DNA of 64,000 bases, from assembly GCA_902537665.1 (NCBI GenBank), contig CACBCE010000006.1:152-64151 (forward strand), given 5' to 3'. A model generated the notes under the pieces. The model was not told the origin of the DNA, ran no database searches, and saw only the letters and a list, made by a program, of their open reading frames with translations. The position numbers and the translations under genes are program-made. The stretch is from an uncultured Pelagibacteraceae bacterium (GTDB taxonomy: Bacteria > Pseudomonadota > Alphaproteobacteria > Pelagibacterales > Pelagibacteraceae). Positions within the stretch are counted from its first letter, which is position 1. Every line of letters begins with the position of its first letter. Of this stretch, positions 18,607-28,550 are shown piece by piece.

Positions 18607-18771
18607 ATGGGTGAAGATATTTTATCAGTTATATATCTTTTATTAGTAATTGCACTTGTCTTTCCAGGTTTTTATTATGCAAATAAAAATAAAAAAGTTT
18701 TTTTAAAAAATCTAATTATTTGGCTAGGTATTATTGGAATAGTAATAATTTTTGCTAATTTTCTAAAATAG
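18607..18771 (+). CDS. small two-TM membrane protein (54 aa)
   Basis: Read by hand: MGEDILSVIYLLLVIALVFPGFYYANKNKKVFLKNLIIWLGIIGIVIIFANFLK; fills the gap. Confidence 0.6.
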   Translation: MGEDILSVIYLLLVIALVFPGFYYANKNKKVFLKNLIIWLGIIGIVIIFANFLK

Positions 18772-18775
18772 CTAA

Positions 18776-20395
18776 TTACATATTTCCATACTTTGGTCCA
18801 CCACCTCCTTCAGGGGTAACCCAAATTATATTTTGAGAAGGTTCTTTAATATCACAAGTTTTACAATGAATACAGTTTTGAGCATTAATAACAAATTTGT
18901 TTATATCATTCTCTTTTTGAACCTCGTAAACTCCTGCTGGGCAATATCTTTGTGCTGGTTCATCATATTTCTCAAGGGTATATTTTATTGGTAAATCTTT
19001 ATCTTTTAGTTTTAAATGCACTGGCTGATTATCCTCGTGGTTAGTTCCAGTCAAATAAACTGAGCTTGTTTTATCAAAAGTAATCACATTGTCTGGTTTA
19101 GGATAATCAATTTTTGGCATTTTATCTGCAGGTTTTAAGGTTTCATGATCAGAATGCTTATGTCTTAATGTAAATGGAAGTTTTCCTCTAAATAAAATTT
19201 GATCAATTCCTGTAAAAATTATTCCTAAAATTAATCCCCAGCTAAAACTAGGTTTTACATTTCTTGCTTGATACAGTTCTTTATATAGCCAGCTTTTTTT
19301 AAACATTTCTTCGAATAATGATAAATCTTTTTTAGACTGGATGTGTTCGTTAATAGTCTCTGCCGCTATAATTCCACTTTTCATAGCAGTATGTGATCCT
19401 TTTATTTTTGGCATGTTTAAAGTTCCCGCATCACATCCAATTAATAATGCACCAGGCATAAACATTTTAGGTAAACTTTGAATACCACCTTCAATTAAAG
19501 CTCTAGCGCCGTAGGAAATTCTTTTACCACCTTCTATAATTTTTTTTATTGATGGATGTGTTTTAAATCTTTGAAATTCATCATAAGGAGAGAGATGAGG
19601 ATTTTGATAATCTAAACCTATTACATATCCTAAAAAAACTTGTTTGTTTTCAGCATGATAAATAAAACTTCCGCCATAAGTATTATTATCTAAAGGCCAA
19701 CCGGCTGTATGCATCACTAATCCCTCTTCATGATTTTTTTCATCAATTTCCCAAATTTCTTTAAATCCAATTCCGTATTGTTGAGGATCTTTATCTTTAT
19801 TGAGATTAAATTTTTTAATCAATTGTTTTCCTAAATGACCCCGACAGCCCTCAGCAAAAACTGTAACCTTACCAATTAGCTCAATACCTGGTTCAAAGCT
19901 ATCTTTTTTATTTCCTTGTTTATCTATACCCATGTCCTGTGTGGCTACACCTTTTACTGAACCATCGTCATTAAATAAAATCTCACTAGCAGGAAACCCC
20001 GGAAATATCTCTACACCAAGTGCTTCTGCTTGCTCAGCAAGCCATCTACATAAATTTGCAAGGCTTATGATATAATTTTTATGATTTTTTTGAACAGCAG
20101 GTAGCAACCAGGTAGGCCAACTCAAAGATTTTGTTTTTCCTAAAAATAAAAATTTTTCCTTAGAAACTTTTGTTTTTATTGGGGGATTTAAATCTTTCCA
20201 ATTTGGAATTAATTCGTCTAGTGCTCTAGTTTCAAAAACATTTCCACTTAAAATATGCGCACCGATCTCTGATGCTTTCTCCAAAACGCAAATATTTAAA
20301 TTTGAATTTAATTGTTTTAGTTTAATAGCAGTTGTTAATCCTGATGGTCCTCCACCAACAATTACAACATCATATTCCATTGACTCTCTGGACAT
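18776..20395 (-). CDS. electron transfer flavoprotein-ubiquinone oxidoreductase
   Basis: GGGPSG FAD motif, GAHILSG, RYCPAGVYE, NCIHCKTCDIK Fe-S motif. Confidence 0.96.
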   Translation of the reverse strand: MSRESMEYDVVIVGGGPSGLTTAIKLKQLNSNLNICVLEKASEIGAHILSGNVFETRALDELIPNWKDLNPPIKTKVSKEKFLFLGKTKSLSWPTWLLPAVQKNHKNYIISLANLCRWLAEQAEALGVEIFPGFPASEILFNDDGSVKGVATQDMGIDKQGNKKDSFEPGIELIGKVTVFAEGCRGHLGKQLIKKFNLNKDKDPQQYGIGFKEIWEIDEKNHEEGLVMHTAGWPLDNNTYGGSFIYHAENKQVFLGYVIGLDYQNPHLSPYDEFQRFKTHPSIKKIIEGGKRISYGARALIEGGIQSLPKMFMPGALLIGCDAGTLNMPKIKGSHTAMKSGIIAAETINEHIQSKKDLSLFEEMFKKSWLYKELYQARNVKPSFSWGLILGIIFTGIDQILFRGKLPFTLRHKHSDHETLKPADKMPKIDYPKPDNVITFDKTSSVYLTGTNHEDNQPVHLKLKDKDLPIKYTLEKYDEPAQRYCPAGVYEVQKENDINKFVINAQNCIHCKTCDIKEPSQNIIWVTPEGGGGPKYGNM

Positions 20396-20416
20396 ATTAA
20401 TTTCTTACAGATTATA

Positions 20417-21370
20417 TTATTTTTGTATAGTGTTTAATTTGTTCAGTTCCTCAATAAATTGAGGTACTGCTTCAAAAAGATCGGCCTCTAGACCATAGTC
20501 TGCAACACTAAAAATTGGAGCCTCACCATCTTTATTGATTGCGACAATTACCTTGCTTTCTTTCATTCCAGCTAAATGTTGGATTGCACCAGAAATCCCA
20601 ATGGCAATATATAAATCTGGGACTACAACTTTTCCTGTTTGACCCACTTGATGATCATTGCTTATATATCCAGCGTCAACAGCTGCTCTTGATGCTCCAA
20701 TAGCAGCATTTAATTTATCAGCAACAGAAGTAATTAATTTAAAATTATCTCCACTCTGCATTCCTCTTCCTCCAGAAACAACTACTCTTGCAGTTCCAAG
20801 TTCTGGTCTATCTGACTTAATTTCCTCTCTTTTTACAAATTTTGTATTATTAAATTCATCACTTGGTTCAACTTTTTCAATCTGTGCAGATCCACCTGAA
20901 CTCTCACATGGATCAAATGAGGTTGGTCTAATAGTAATACATTTTTTTGGATCTTTGCTTTTTACAGTTGCAAACGCATTCCCAGCATAAATAGGTCTTA
21001 AAAATGTATCTGCAGAAATAACTTTAATAATATCACTGACTTGAGAAGTATCTAAAGAAGCTGCGATTCTTGGCATCAAATTTTTACCAAAAGTATTCGC
21101 TGAACAGACAACATGCGAGTAACTTTCTGCTAATTTCACGATTACTGGAGCAAAATTTTCTGCTACAAAATTTTCGTAGTGAGCAGCCTCTACTTGAATC
21201 ACTTTTTTGACTAATGGTAACTCTGATAATTTTTTTGCTGCATCTCCACAATTATTACCAATAATTACAGCATGAAGATCTCTATCCATTTGAGAAGCTG
21301 CAGTTACAGCATTAAGTGTAAAGGGTTTTAGTTCTTTATTATTATGTTCTGCAACTAATAAAACTGACAT
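20417..21370 (-). CDS. etfA: electron transfer flavoprotein alpha subunit
   Basis: RPIYAGNA, VVSGGRG, GASRAAVD, QVGQTGK, GISGAIQHLAGM. Confidence 0.96.
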   Translation of the reverse strand: MSVLLVAEHNNKELKPFTLNAVTAASQMDRDLHAVIIGNNCGDAAKKLSELPLVKKVIQVEAAHYENFVAENFAPVIVKLAESYSHVVCSANTFGKNLMPRIAASLDTSQVSDIIKVISADTFLRPIYAGNAFATVKSKDPKKCITIRPTSFDPCESSGGSAQIEKVEPSDEFNNTKFVKREEIKSDRPELGTARVVVSGGRGMQSGDNFKLITSVADKLNAAIGASRAAVDAGYISNDHQVGQTGKVVVPDLYIAIGISGAIQHLAGMKESKVIVAINKDGEAPIFSVADYGLEADLFEAVPQFIEELNKLNTIQK

Positions 21371-22119
21371 TATATTACTTTAGCCTCATTTTTTAATTTT
21401 TGCACTAGCTCAGCCACACTTTTTACTTTTATACCTGCTTTTCTTTTAGGTGGTTCTTCAACCTTAATTTGCTCGATTCTTGGTGATGTATCTACTCCTA
21501 AATCTGACGCATTTATCTGCTCAATAGGCTTCTTTTTAGCTTTCATTATATTCGGTAAAGATGCGTATCTTGGTTCATTAAGTCTTAAATCACAAGTTAC
21601 AATTGCCGGGATATTGATCTCTATTGTCTCTAAACCTTCGTCAATCTCTCTTGTAACTTCAAGTTTTTTATCTTTAATTTCAATCTTTGAAGCAAATGTT
21701 GCTTGAGGCCAATTTAGTAAAGCACTTAACATTTGACCTGTTTGATTACAATCATCATCAATTGCTTGTTTTCCCATGAAGACTAAATCTGGTTTTTCTT
21801 TTTCAACAATTTTTTGTAATAATTTTGAAACAGCTAAAGGTTCTAAAATTCCATCGGCTTTAATAAGAATACCTCTATCAGCTCCAACTGCTAGTGCTTT
21901 ACGGACCGTTTCTTGAGCTTTCTCTTCTCCAACACTTACTGCAATTACTTCCGACGCTTTTCCCGACTCTTTGATCTTTACCGCCTCCTCGATTGCATTA
22001 TCGTCAGGTGGATTGGTAGACATCTTAACATTTTCAGTCACTACACCCGTATTATCCTCTTTAACTCTAATTTGAACATTGTAATCAATGACTCTTTTTA
22101 CTGCGACTAAAATTTTCAT
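21370..22119 (-). CDS. etfB: electron transfer flavoprotein beta subunit
   Basis: [29 protein letters not shown]. Confidence 0.96.
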   Translation of the reverse strand: MKILVAVKRVIDYNVQIRVKEDNTGVVTENVKMSTNPPDDNAIEEAVKIKESGKASEVIAVSVGEEKAQETVRKALAVGADRGILIKADGILEPLAVSKLLQKIVEKEKPDLVFMGKQAIDDDCNQTGQMLSALLNWPQATFASKIEIKDKKLEVTREIDEGLETIEINIPAIVTCDLRLNEPRYASLPNIMKAKKKPIEQINASDLGVDTSPRIEQIKVEEPPKRKAGIKVKSVAELVQKLKNEAKVI

Positions 22120-24551
22120 TAAGCTCTCAATAGTTTATTTTCAGCATCGTAGGGACTTTCCTCTACTATTGTAGCTTCATACATTTTTCCAAGAATATCA
22201 ACTTTAAGTTTTTCTCCAATATTTGCTAAATCAGGTTTTACCATTGCTAAAGCAATAGATTTATCTAATCTAAATCCATATTCCCCACCGGTTGCTCTTC
22301 CAACAACTTTATTATCTTTATAAATTGGATTGTTACCTAAAACATCTGAGTCTGTTGTGTCATGAACCTCTAGTGTTACTAATTTATTATCAAAACCCTT
22401 TTCTCTCCATTTGTTTAGTGCATCAAGTCCTATGAAATTACCTTTGTTTGGATGAATAAATCTATCTAGACCAGATTCATAAGGTGAATACTCAATCGAT
22501 AGTTCAGTTCCCACAAGTTTATAAGATTTTTCTACTCTTAAACTGTTCATTGCTCTAATGCCAAAAGGTTTAAGACCGAGATCCTTACCTGCTTCCATTA
22601 ATTTATCAAAAATATGGTTTTGATATTCAATTGGGTGATGTAATTCCCAGCCAAGTTCACCAACAAAATTTACTCTCATAGCATTTACTGGAGCGTATCC
22701 AACATTAACATTTTTTGCTGTTAACCATTTGAAGTTTTCATTTGAATAATCATCAGTTGAAACTTTCTGCATAAGATCTCTAGCTTTAGGACCAGCTACA
22801 ACAAGCACACCTGTGCTATTTGTTAAATCCTCAAATATAACTGAACCATCAGTAGGCATCCATTTTTGAATCCAGTCATGATCTAATCTTAAATTCGCTC
22901 CAGCTGAAACCAAATAATAACTATTTTCAGCTTCTTTCATAATTGTAAACTCAGAGTGAACACCACCTTTAGTATTTAGCGCATGACACAAATTAATTCT
23001 TCCAATTTTTTTTGGAAGTTTATTGGCCACTAAGTAGTCTAAAAATTCCTCTGCTTTTGGACCCTTAATTCTACATTTTGCAAAGGCTGTCATATCCAAA
23101 AGTCCAACATTCTTTTTAACATTCTCACATTCTTTTTTAATTGCATCAAACCATTTTGATCTTCTAAATGACCAATGATCTTTTTGTTCCATGCCATCTG
23201 TTGCAAAAAAGTTTGGTCTTTCCCATCCAAATTTTTGTCCAAAAACAGCACCAAGATCTTTCATTCTTTCATAACAAGGAGATGTTCTTAAAGGTCTTGC
23301 AGCTGGTCTTTCCTCGTCGGGATAATGAACAATAAATACATGGCTGTAAGCTTCTTCATTTTTTGCTTTCAGATAAGACTTTGTTGCATAATTTCCATAA
23401 CGTCTTGGTTCAACACCAAGCATATCGATCGTCGGCTCACCATCAACAATCCATTCTGCTAATTGCCAACCTGCTCCACCTGCTGCAGTTATTCCAAAAC
23501 TATGTCCCTCATTAATCCAAAAATTTTTAAGTCCCCATGCGGGGCCAACAATAGGATTGCCATCAGGTGTGTAACATATTGCACCATTATAAACTTTTTT
23601 CACTCCAACTTCTCCAAACGCTGGAACTCTATGTATTGCTCCTTCAATGTGTGGAGCAAGTCTATCTAAATCCTCTTGAAACAATTCATATTCAGAGTCT
23701 TTTGAAGGACCTTCGACATAGCATGCTGGTGCACCATCTTCATAAGGACCCAGTATTAACCCACCAGCCTCTTCTCTCATGTACCATCTACTATCACTAT
23801 CTCTTAATACACCCATTTCTGGAAGACCTTCTTTTTTTCTTTTTTGTATCTCTGGATGTGGTTCAGTCACAATATATTGATGTTCAACAGGTATAACTGG
23901 AATATCTAATCCAACCATTTCACCAGTTTGTCTTGCAAAATTTCCCGAACACGAAATCACATGCTCACATTCAATTGATCCTTTATCTGTTTCAACAATC
24001 CATCCTTCTTTATTTTGTCTCATAGATAACACTGTTGTGTTTCTATAAATTTCAGCTCCACTGTTCCTTGCCCCTGTTGCTAATGCTTGAGTCAGATCTG
24101 CGGGTTGAATATAACCATCTTCTGGGTGTTGAATTGCTCCAACTAAATCATCAGTATGACAAAGCGGCCAAATTTCTTTTACTTGTTGAGGTGTCAAAAA
24201 TTTTACATCAACACCAATTGTTTTAGCTACACCAGCATATTGATGGTACTCATCCATTCTATCTTTGGTACTAGCTAAACGGATATTTGAAACCACACTG
24301 AAACCAACATTCTTACCAGTCTCTTCTTCTAATTTTTTGTAAAGATTTACTGCATACTTGTGAAGTTGACCAACAGAATAACTCATATTAAAAAGAGGTA
24401 ATAATCCTGCTGCATGCCAAGTTGAGCCTGAGGTTAATTCTTTTCTTTCAACTAAAACAACATCTGACCAGCCTTTTTTTGCTAAATGATAAAGAGCACT
24501 TACTCCAACCACTCCTCCACCAACTACGACGACTTTTGCTTTAGATTTCAT
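22119..24551 (-). CDS. dimethylglycine dehydrogenase-like FAD/THF enzyme
   Basis: [17 protein letters not shown] (covalent-FAD His), C-terminal GcvT domain (GELGWELH); coupled to etfBA. Confidence 0.85.
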   Translation of the reverse strand: MKSKAKVVVVGGGVVGVSALYHLAKKGWSDVVLVERKELTSGSTWHAAGLLPLFNMSYSVGQLHKYAVNLYKKLEEETGKNVGFSVVSNIRLASTKDRMDEYHQYAGVAKTIGVDVKFLTPQQVKEIWPLCHTDDLVGAIQHPEDGYIQPADLTQALATGARNSGAEIYRNTTVLSMRQNKEGWIVETDKGSIECEHVISCSGNFARQTGEMVGLDIPVIPVEHQYIVTEPHPEIQKRKKEGLPEMGVLRDSDSRWYMREEAGGLILGPYEDGAPACYVEGPSKDSEYELFQEDLDRLAPHIEGAIHRVPAFGEVGVKKVYNGAICYTPDGNPIVGPAWGLKNFWINEGHSFGITAAGGAGWQLAEWIVDGEPTIDMLGVEPRRYGNYATKSYLKAKNEEAYSHVFIVHYPDEERPAARPLRTSPCYERMKDLGAVFGQKFGWERPNFFATDGMEQKDHWSFRRSKWFDAIKKECENVKKNVGLLDMTAFAKCRIKGPKAEEFLDYLVANKLPKKIGRINLCHALNTKGGVHSEFTIMKEAENSYYLVSAGANLRLDHDWIQKWMPTDGSVIFEDLTNSTGVLVVAGPKARDLMQKVSTDDYSNENFKWLTAKNVNVGYAPVNAMRVNFVGELGWELHHPIEYQNHIFDKLMEAGKDLGLKPFGIRAMNSLRVEKSYKLVGTELSIEYSPYESGLDRFIHPNKGNFIGLDALNKWREKGFDNKLVTLEVHDTTDSDVLGNNPIYKDNKVVGRATGGEYGFRLDKSIALAMVKPDLANIGEKLKVDILGKMYEATIVEESPYDAENKLLRA

Positions 24552-24607
24552 TAAATGATTCCTACTAAATTTTTATTCATAACGAAACAAAATTGTATTA
24601 TGGATAA

Positions 24608-25081
24608 TCAAATTGAACTTCCTAGTGCTATTGGGCTAGAAACCATTGTGGTCAACCAACAATCCTTAAGGGGTCCTTCAGCAGTATATTTTTCCACTTG
24701 CCAGTTGAACTTATGATAAATCTTATCTTTATCTAAAATTATCACCTCAAATTGTGCCCATTTGTCACCACCTCCAACCTGTGTAATTGTATGGCTTAAG
24801 TGATTTAAGAGCATTTGATATGAGTTGCCTTTAATCATCATTTTGAAATTTGGTAAAGGCCCAGTATTTTTTTTGTTACTGGGATGCGCAAAATTCCAGG
24901 TTTGCTCAATCCCACTATCTTTATAATTTAAGTCGTTTTTTTGGAGACCACTTAATTGAATCTCGACAACTTTGGAAGGTTTTATATCACTATTTGGCTT
25001 GAGTAATTCAGCTTTTGTCGTTGAAACCAAAAAAAGAAGAATAATAAAAACTTTAAATATTATTTGCAGTTTTTTTAACAT
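24608..25081 (-). CDS. exported hypothetical protein (DUF4864-like)
   Basis: Signal peptide, QLSGLQ, WNFAHPSNK, CWLT. Confidence 0.6.
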   Translation of the reverse strand: MLKKLQIIFKVFIILLFLVSTTKAELLKPNSDIKPSKVVEIQLSGLQKNDLNYKDSGIEQTWNFAHPSNKKNTGPLPNFKMMIKGNSYQMLLNHLSHTITQVGGGDKWAQFEVIILDKDKIYHKFNWQVEKYTAEGPLKDCWLTTMVSSPIALGSSI

Positions 25082-25622
25082 CTTCTAAAAATTTTTTTCT
25101 TATTTTGCCTTCAACAAATGGTACAGCAAAGTATCTTCGATATACTACGTCCCTTATGCCGCATATATTAAAAACCCCTCTTCTTAATCTTTTTGTTGGC
25201 ATGTTTAAAAAAAAAGTTCTTACAGCAAACTGTGGTGAGCCGTAAGTACAAAAAACTACAGCTTTTTTCCCTTTTAAATTTCCCAGAGGATAACCATAAT
25301 TTCCAAATAATTTTTTAAATCTAAATGCCCAGGGCGGTGCAAGAACCTTATCGATCCATCCTTCAACGATGGCTGGCATTCTAAAATTCCATATAGGTGC
25401 AATTAATACTATTGCATGAGAACTCTCTATTCTTTTTCTATGATCTAAAACCTTACTGTCAGGCTCTTCACCTGAAAAAACTGGATCAAATTTTTCTTTA
25501 TATAAGTCAACTATATCTACTTGATGCCCATTATTTTCTAAAGTTTCTTTAAAAGTATCTCGAATTGCTGCATTAAAAGACTTTTCATTATAATGACCGT
25601 AAACAACAAAAATTTTTTTCAT
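25053..25622 (-). CDS. flavodoxin-fold NAD(P)H dehydrogenase (quinone)
   Basis: VYGHYNEKSFN, DLYKEKFDP, PIWNFRMPAIVEGWIDKV. Confidence 0.85.
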   Translation of the reverse strand: MKKIFVVYGHYNEKSFNAAIRDTFKETLENNGHQVDIVDLYKEKFDPVFSGEEPDSKVLDHRKRIESSHAIVLIAPIWNFRMPAIVEGWIDKVLAPPWAFRFKKLFGNYGYPLGNLKGKKAVVFCTYGSPQFAVRTFFLNMPTKRLRRGVFNICGIRDVVYRRYFAVPFVEGKIRKKFLEDVKKTANNI

Positions 25623-26023
25623 TAGTTAAAATACTTTTCGTACTCTATCTTCGTACATTTATTTTCTATGTAAATAATGTTATTTGTCTCAACAATTTTT
25701 TTTGCCTCTTCATTACTAATGTCTAGTTGTAACCATAATACTTTTGCATTTATTTTGACAGTTTCTTCTGCAATTGTAACTACTTCGTTCGATGGCCTAA
25801 ACACATCTACTATTTCTACTGGATTATCGATCTCTAAAATATTTCCAAAAACTTTTTCTCCTAATATTTTTTCTCCTTTCATAGATGGATTTACAGGGTA
25901 AACTTTAAAACCATTGTCTTGTAGATATTTCATAACAATAGATGATGTTTTTGTTAAATCTTTACTTGCACCTACTAAAGCAATACTTTTATATTTTTTT
26001 AAAATTTCTTTTGTATTTTCCAC
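25622..26023 (-). CDS. CoA-binding protein (YccU-like)
   Basis: IALVGAS, VYPVNP, VDVFRPS, LWLQL. Confidence 0.88.
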   Translation of the reverse strand: MENTKEILKKYKSIALVGASKDLTKTSSIVMKYLQDNGFKVYPVNPSMKGEKILGEKVFGNILEIDNPVEIVDVFRPSNEVVTIAEETVKINAKVLWLQLDISNEEAKKIVETNNIIYIENKCTKIEYEKYFN

Positions 26024-26028
26024 TATAT

Positions 26029-26217
26029 TTACTTTTTACTCATTATCTTTTCTTCACAAAACTTCTTAGCTTCTTCAATAGTCATTGGTTGATCCAACTT
26101 TTGACTTCCTGCAATACAAGCATCGATAGATCTTTTAAAATTATGGTCTCTAAAGGTAAAAATAAAATATATACCAATCATGATTAAGATAATTGTTAGA
26201 ATATTTTTTACTTTCAC
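26029..26217 (-). CDS. small membrane-anchored hypothetical protein
   Basis: N-terminal TM, two Cys, in operon with flanking genes. Confidence 0.55.
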   Translation of the reverse strand: MKVKNILTIILIMIGIYFIFTFRDHNFKRSIDACIAGSQKLDQPMTIEEAKKFCEEKIMSKK

Positions 26218-26987
26218 TTATTTCTCCACTTTGGTTTTCTTTTTTCTAAAAAAGCTGAAATACCTTCTTTTGCATCCATAGCCATCATATTGTATGTCAT
26301 CATTTGACTGGTATACGAGTACGCTTTTCTGAGAGGCATTTCTAACTGTTTATAAAAAGCTTGTTTTCCAATTTTGATTGTTAAATTTGATTTTGATGCA
26401 ATTTTTTTTGCAATTTTCATCGTCTCACTATTTAATTTTGATTTTGAAAAATAATCATTAATCAAACCAATTTCCTTTGCGTAGTTTGCTTTAATTGGCT
26501 CACCAGTAAGAAGCATCTTCATCATAGGTTTTCTATTAATCTTTCTGCTAACTGCAACCATAGGGGTGCTACAAAACAATCCAATATTTACTCCTGGTGT
26601 TGCAAAAAGAGCATCTTTAGTACTGTAAGCTAAATCACAGCTAGCAACTAATTGGCATCCAGCTGCATAAGCTGCACCATGAACTTTTGCAATAACAGGT
26701 TTTTTACCCTCAACTATTTGAAGCATTAACTTTGAACAAAGATTAAATAATTTTTTATATCTTTCTTTTTTCTTTAAGTCTTTTACTTCTTTTAAATTAT
26801 GACCTGCGCTAAAACCTTTTCCAGCACCCTCAAGAATAATAACTTTAACTTTTTTATCTTTGTCTAATTTTTTTAAAACATTAATTAAATCTTTCAAATT
26901 TTTGTAAGATAAAGAGTTATATGTTTTTGGTTCATTAATAATAACTCTTGCTATATCTTTATTCTGATTGATGATTTTGATATTCAT
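26214..26987 (-). CDS. enoyl-CoA hydratase/isomerase (ECHDC3-like)
   Basis: FSAGHNLKE, AAGCQLVASCDL, TPGVNIGLFCSTP. Confidence 0.9.
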   Translation of the reverse strand: MNIKIINQNKDIARVIINEPKTYNSLSYKNLKDLINVLKKLDKDKKVKVIILEGAGKGFSAGHNLKEVKDLKKKERYKKLFNLCSKLMLQIVEGKKPVIAKVHGAAYAAGCQLVASCDLAYSTKDALFATPGVNIGLFCSTPMVAVSRKINRKPMMKMLLTGEPIKANYAKEIGLINDYFSKSKLNSETMKIAKKIASKSNLTIKIGKQAFYKQLEMPLRKAYSYTSQMMTYNMMAMDAKEGISAFLEKRKPKWRNK

Positions 26988-26993
26988 TTAAAA

Positions 26994-27368
26994 CTATTTA
27001 AGTTTACCCTCTTCTCTCATCTTTGCTCTTATTTTGGTGGCTGAAATTTTTTGTATTTCCTCAGGTAAAACAATTTCTTCTATTTTGTAACCAACACCTC
27101 TTCCATAACAAATGTTTGTAATATTGGGAACTAACATAATTTTAAAACGTCCCTCGAATTCTGGATTAAGTTTATCTTCAATATTTTTTTTTACAGTTTC
27201 AAAGTCAAATGGATTATCATCCACACCTTGTACGTCTCTGATTTGTATGCAAACTTGTCCAGTTTTTTTAATTATTTCTTTAAATAAAGTATAGTGACCA
27301 TCATGAAACGGTTGCCATCTTCCAAGCATTTGAGCAGTTGGTTTTTTATTATCCCACTTGTAAGTCAT
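26994..27368 (-). CDS. HxGH nucleotidyltransferase (cytidylyl/adenylyltransferase-like)
   Basis: GRWQPFHDGH and ISATKIR motifs. Confidence 0.8.
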   Translation of the reverse strand: MTYKWDNKKPTAQMLGRWQPFHDGHYTLFKEIIKKTGQVCIQIRDVQGVDDNPFDFETVKKNIEDKLNPEFEGRFKIMLVPNITNICYGRGVGYKIEEIVLPEEIQKISATKIRAKMREEGKLK

Positions 27369-27775
27369 TATTTTAATTTCTCATATATCTTTGGAGCCCA
27401 ATTTTTAGCATCTTGAGTTGTTACATGAAAGTCATACTTATCAGGTTTTACAAACATTTTATTTGTATCATCAAACCTACCCTCCTTAATTGTATCTACC
27501 CAAATAACAAAATCTGCTGGAAATAAACTTCTTGCTTCAGGAGTAGGACAAATAAAATCTGCTACAACATAATTTCCATCATTTTTCAATTTTACTGCAA
27601 AGTCAGCCATTCTTTTTGCTTGTCTTTTTCTTCCTTCCTCAGAAAAATCCCAATCATTTGCCTCTTTTCTAACTTCATCTGCGTTCAATCTTTTAGCGTT
27701 TAACATTGGACCAAGTTCGTTTGCTAACGTAGTTTTTCCTGATCCAGGTAGTCCCATTATTAAAATTATTTTCAT
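27368..27775 (-). CDS. small P-loop kinase (APS-kinase-like)
   Basis: GLPGSGKTT, LNADEVR, DFSEEGRKRQ, DFICP. Confidence 0.8.
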   Translation of the reverse strand: MKIILIMGLPGSGKTTLANELGPMLNAKRLNADEVRKEANDWDFSEEGRKRQAKRMADFAVKLKNDGNYVVADFICPTPEARSLFPADFVIWVDTIKEGRFDDTNKMFVKPDKYDFHVTTQDAKNWAPKIYEKLK

Positions 27776-27821
27776 TTGATATTAAATTGACACCTTTTTC
27801 AAAAAAGATAAAGATCTTATA

Positions 27822-28550
27822 ATGAAATTTTCTCTTGAAATAGGCCCTCAGACAGATCTTGATACAGTACCTCAAGTAAAAGATGTTTATATCACAATGC
27901 TTCCAGGGGGTGACTATAGAGAAACAGCTCAACAGGCAGTTGAGTTAGTTAAAAAAGGTTTTAATCCTGTTCCTCATTTTCCTGCAAGGTCAATGCTGGA
28001 TGAAAAACAACTAAAAGATTATGTCTCTAGGTGTAAAGATGGTGGGGTTAAACAAGTTTTAGTGATTGGTGGCGGGAGAGAACCAATGGGAAAATTTGAT
28101 AGCTCGTTTCAACTTTTAGAGACTGGTTATTTTGAGAAGATGATAATAGGAATTGCTGGACACCCAGAGGGGAGTCCTGATATATCCGACTCAGATTTAG
28201 AAAAAGCTATGATAGATAAAAAGCCTTATGCTGATTATATCGTAACCCAATGGTTATTAGATCCCCAGCCTATTATAGATTTTGTTTCTAAACAAAGTGT
28301 ACCAGTGCATGTGGGAATTACTGGGCCTCTAAAAATATCTAGCTTAATAAAATTTGCTAATATTGTTGGTGCAAAAAATTCTCTAAATTTTCTTAAATCT
28401 AATTTTAGTAAGGCGTTAGATTTATTAAAACCTAAAGACCCTAATGATTTAATTGGGAAAGTTAAATCGCATACTGATTTCTTCCACATTTATACATTCG
28501 GCGGCTTGAAGGAAACAAACAAGTGGTTGAAGGAGAATGGTTATGTCTAA
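27822..28550 (+). CDS. metF: short methylenetetrahydrofolate reductase-like protein
   Basis: PVPHFPARS, LVIGG, AGHPEGSP, IVTQW, HIYTFGG. Confidence 0.75.
   Translation: MKFSLEIGPQTDLDTVPQVKDVYITMLPGGDYRETAQQAVELVKKGFNPVPHFPARSMLDEKQLKDYVSRCKDGGVKQVLVIGGGREPMGKFDSSFQLLETGYFEKMIIGIAGHPEGSPDISDSDLEKAMIDKKPYADYIVTQWLLDPQPIIDFVSKQSVPVHVGITGPLKISSLIKFANIVGAKNSLNFLKSNFSKALDLLKPKDPNDLIGKVKSHTDFFHIYTFGGLKETNKWLKENGYV

Noticed and set aside
27368-27775. cysC as evidence of sulfate assimilation
   Set aside because: Protein is much shorter than CysC and no cysDN, cysH or cysIJ are nearby
27787-27824. Sigma70 promoter (TTGACA) giving a leaderless metF mRNA
   Set aside because: The -10 at 17-bp spacing is weak and TATAAT is too far away; cannot be supported without TSS data
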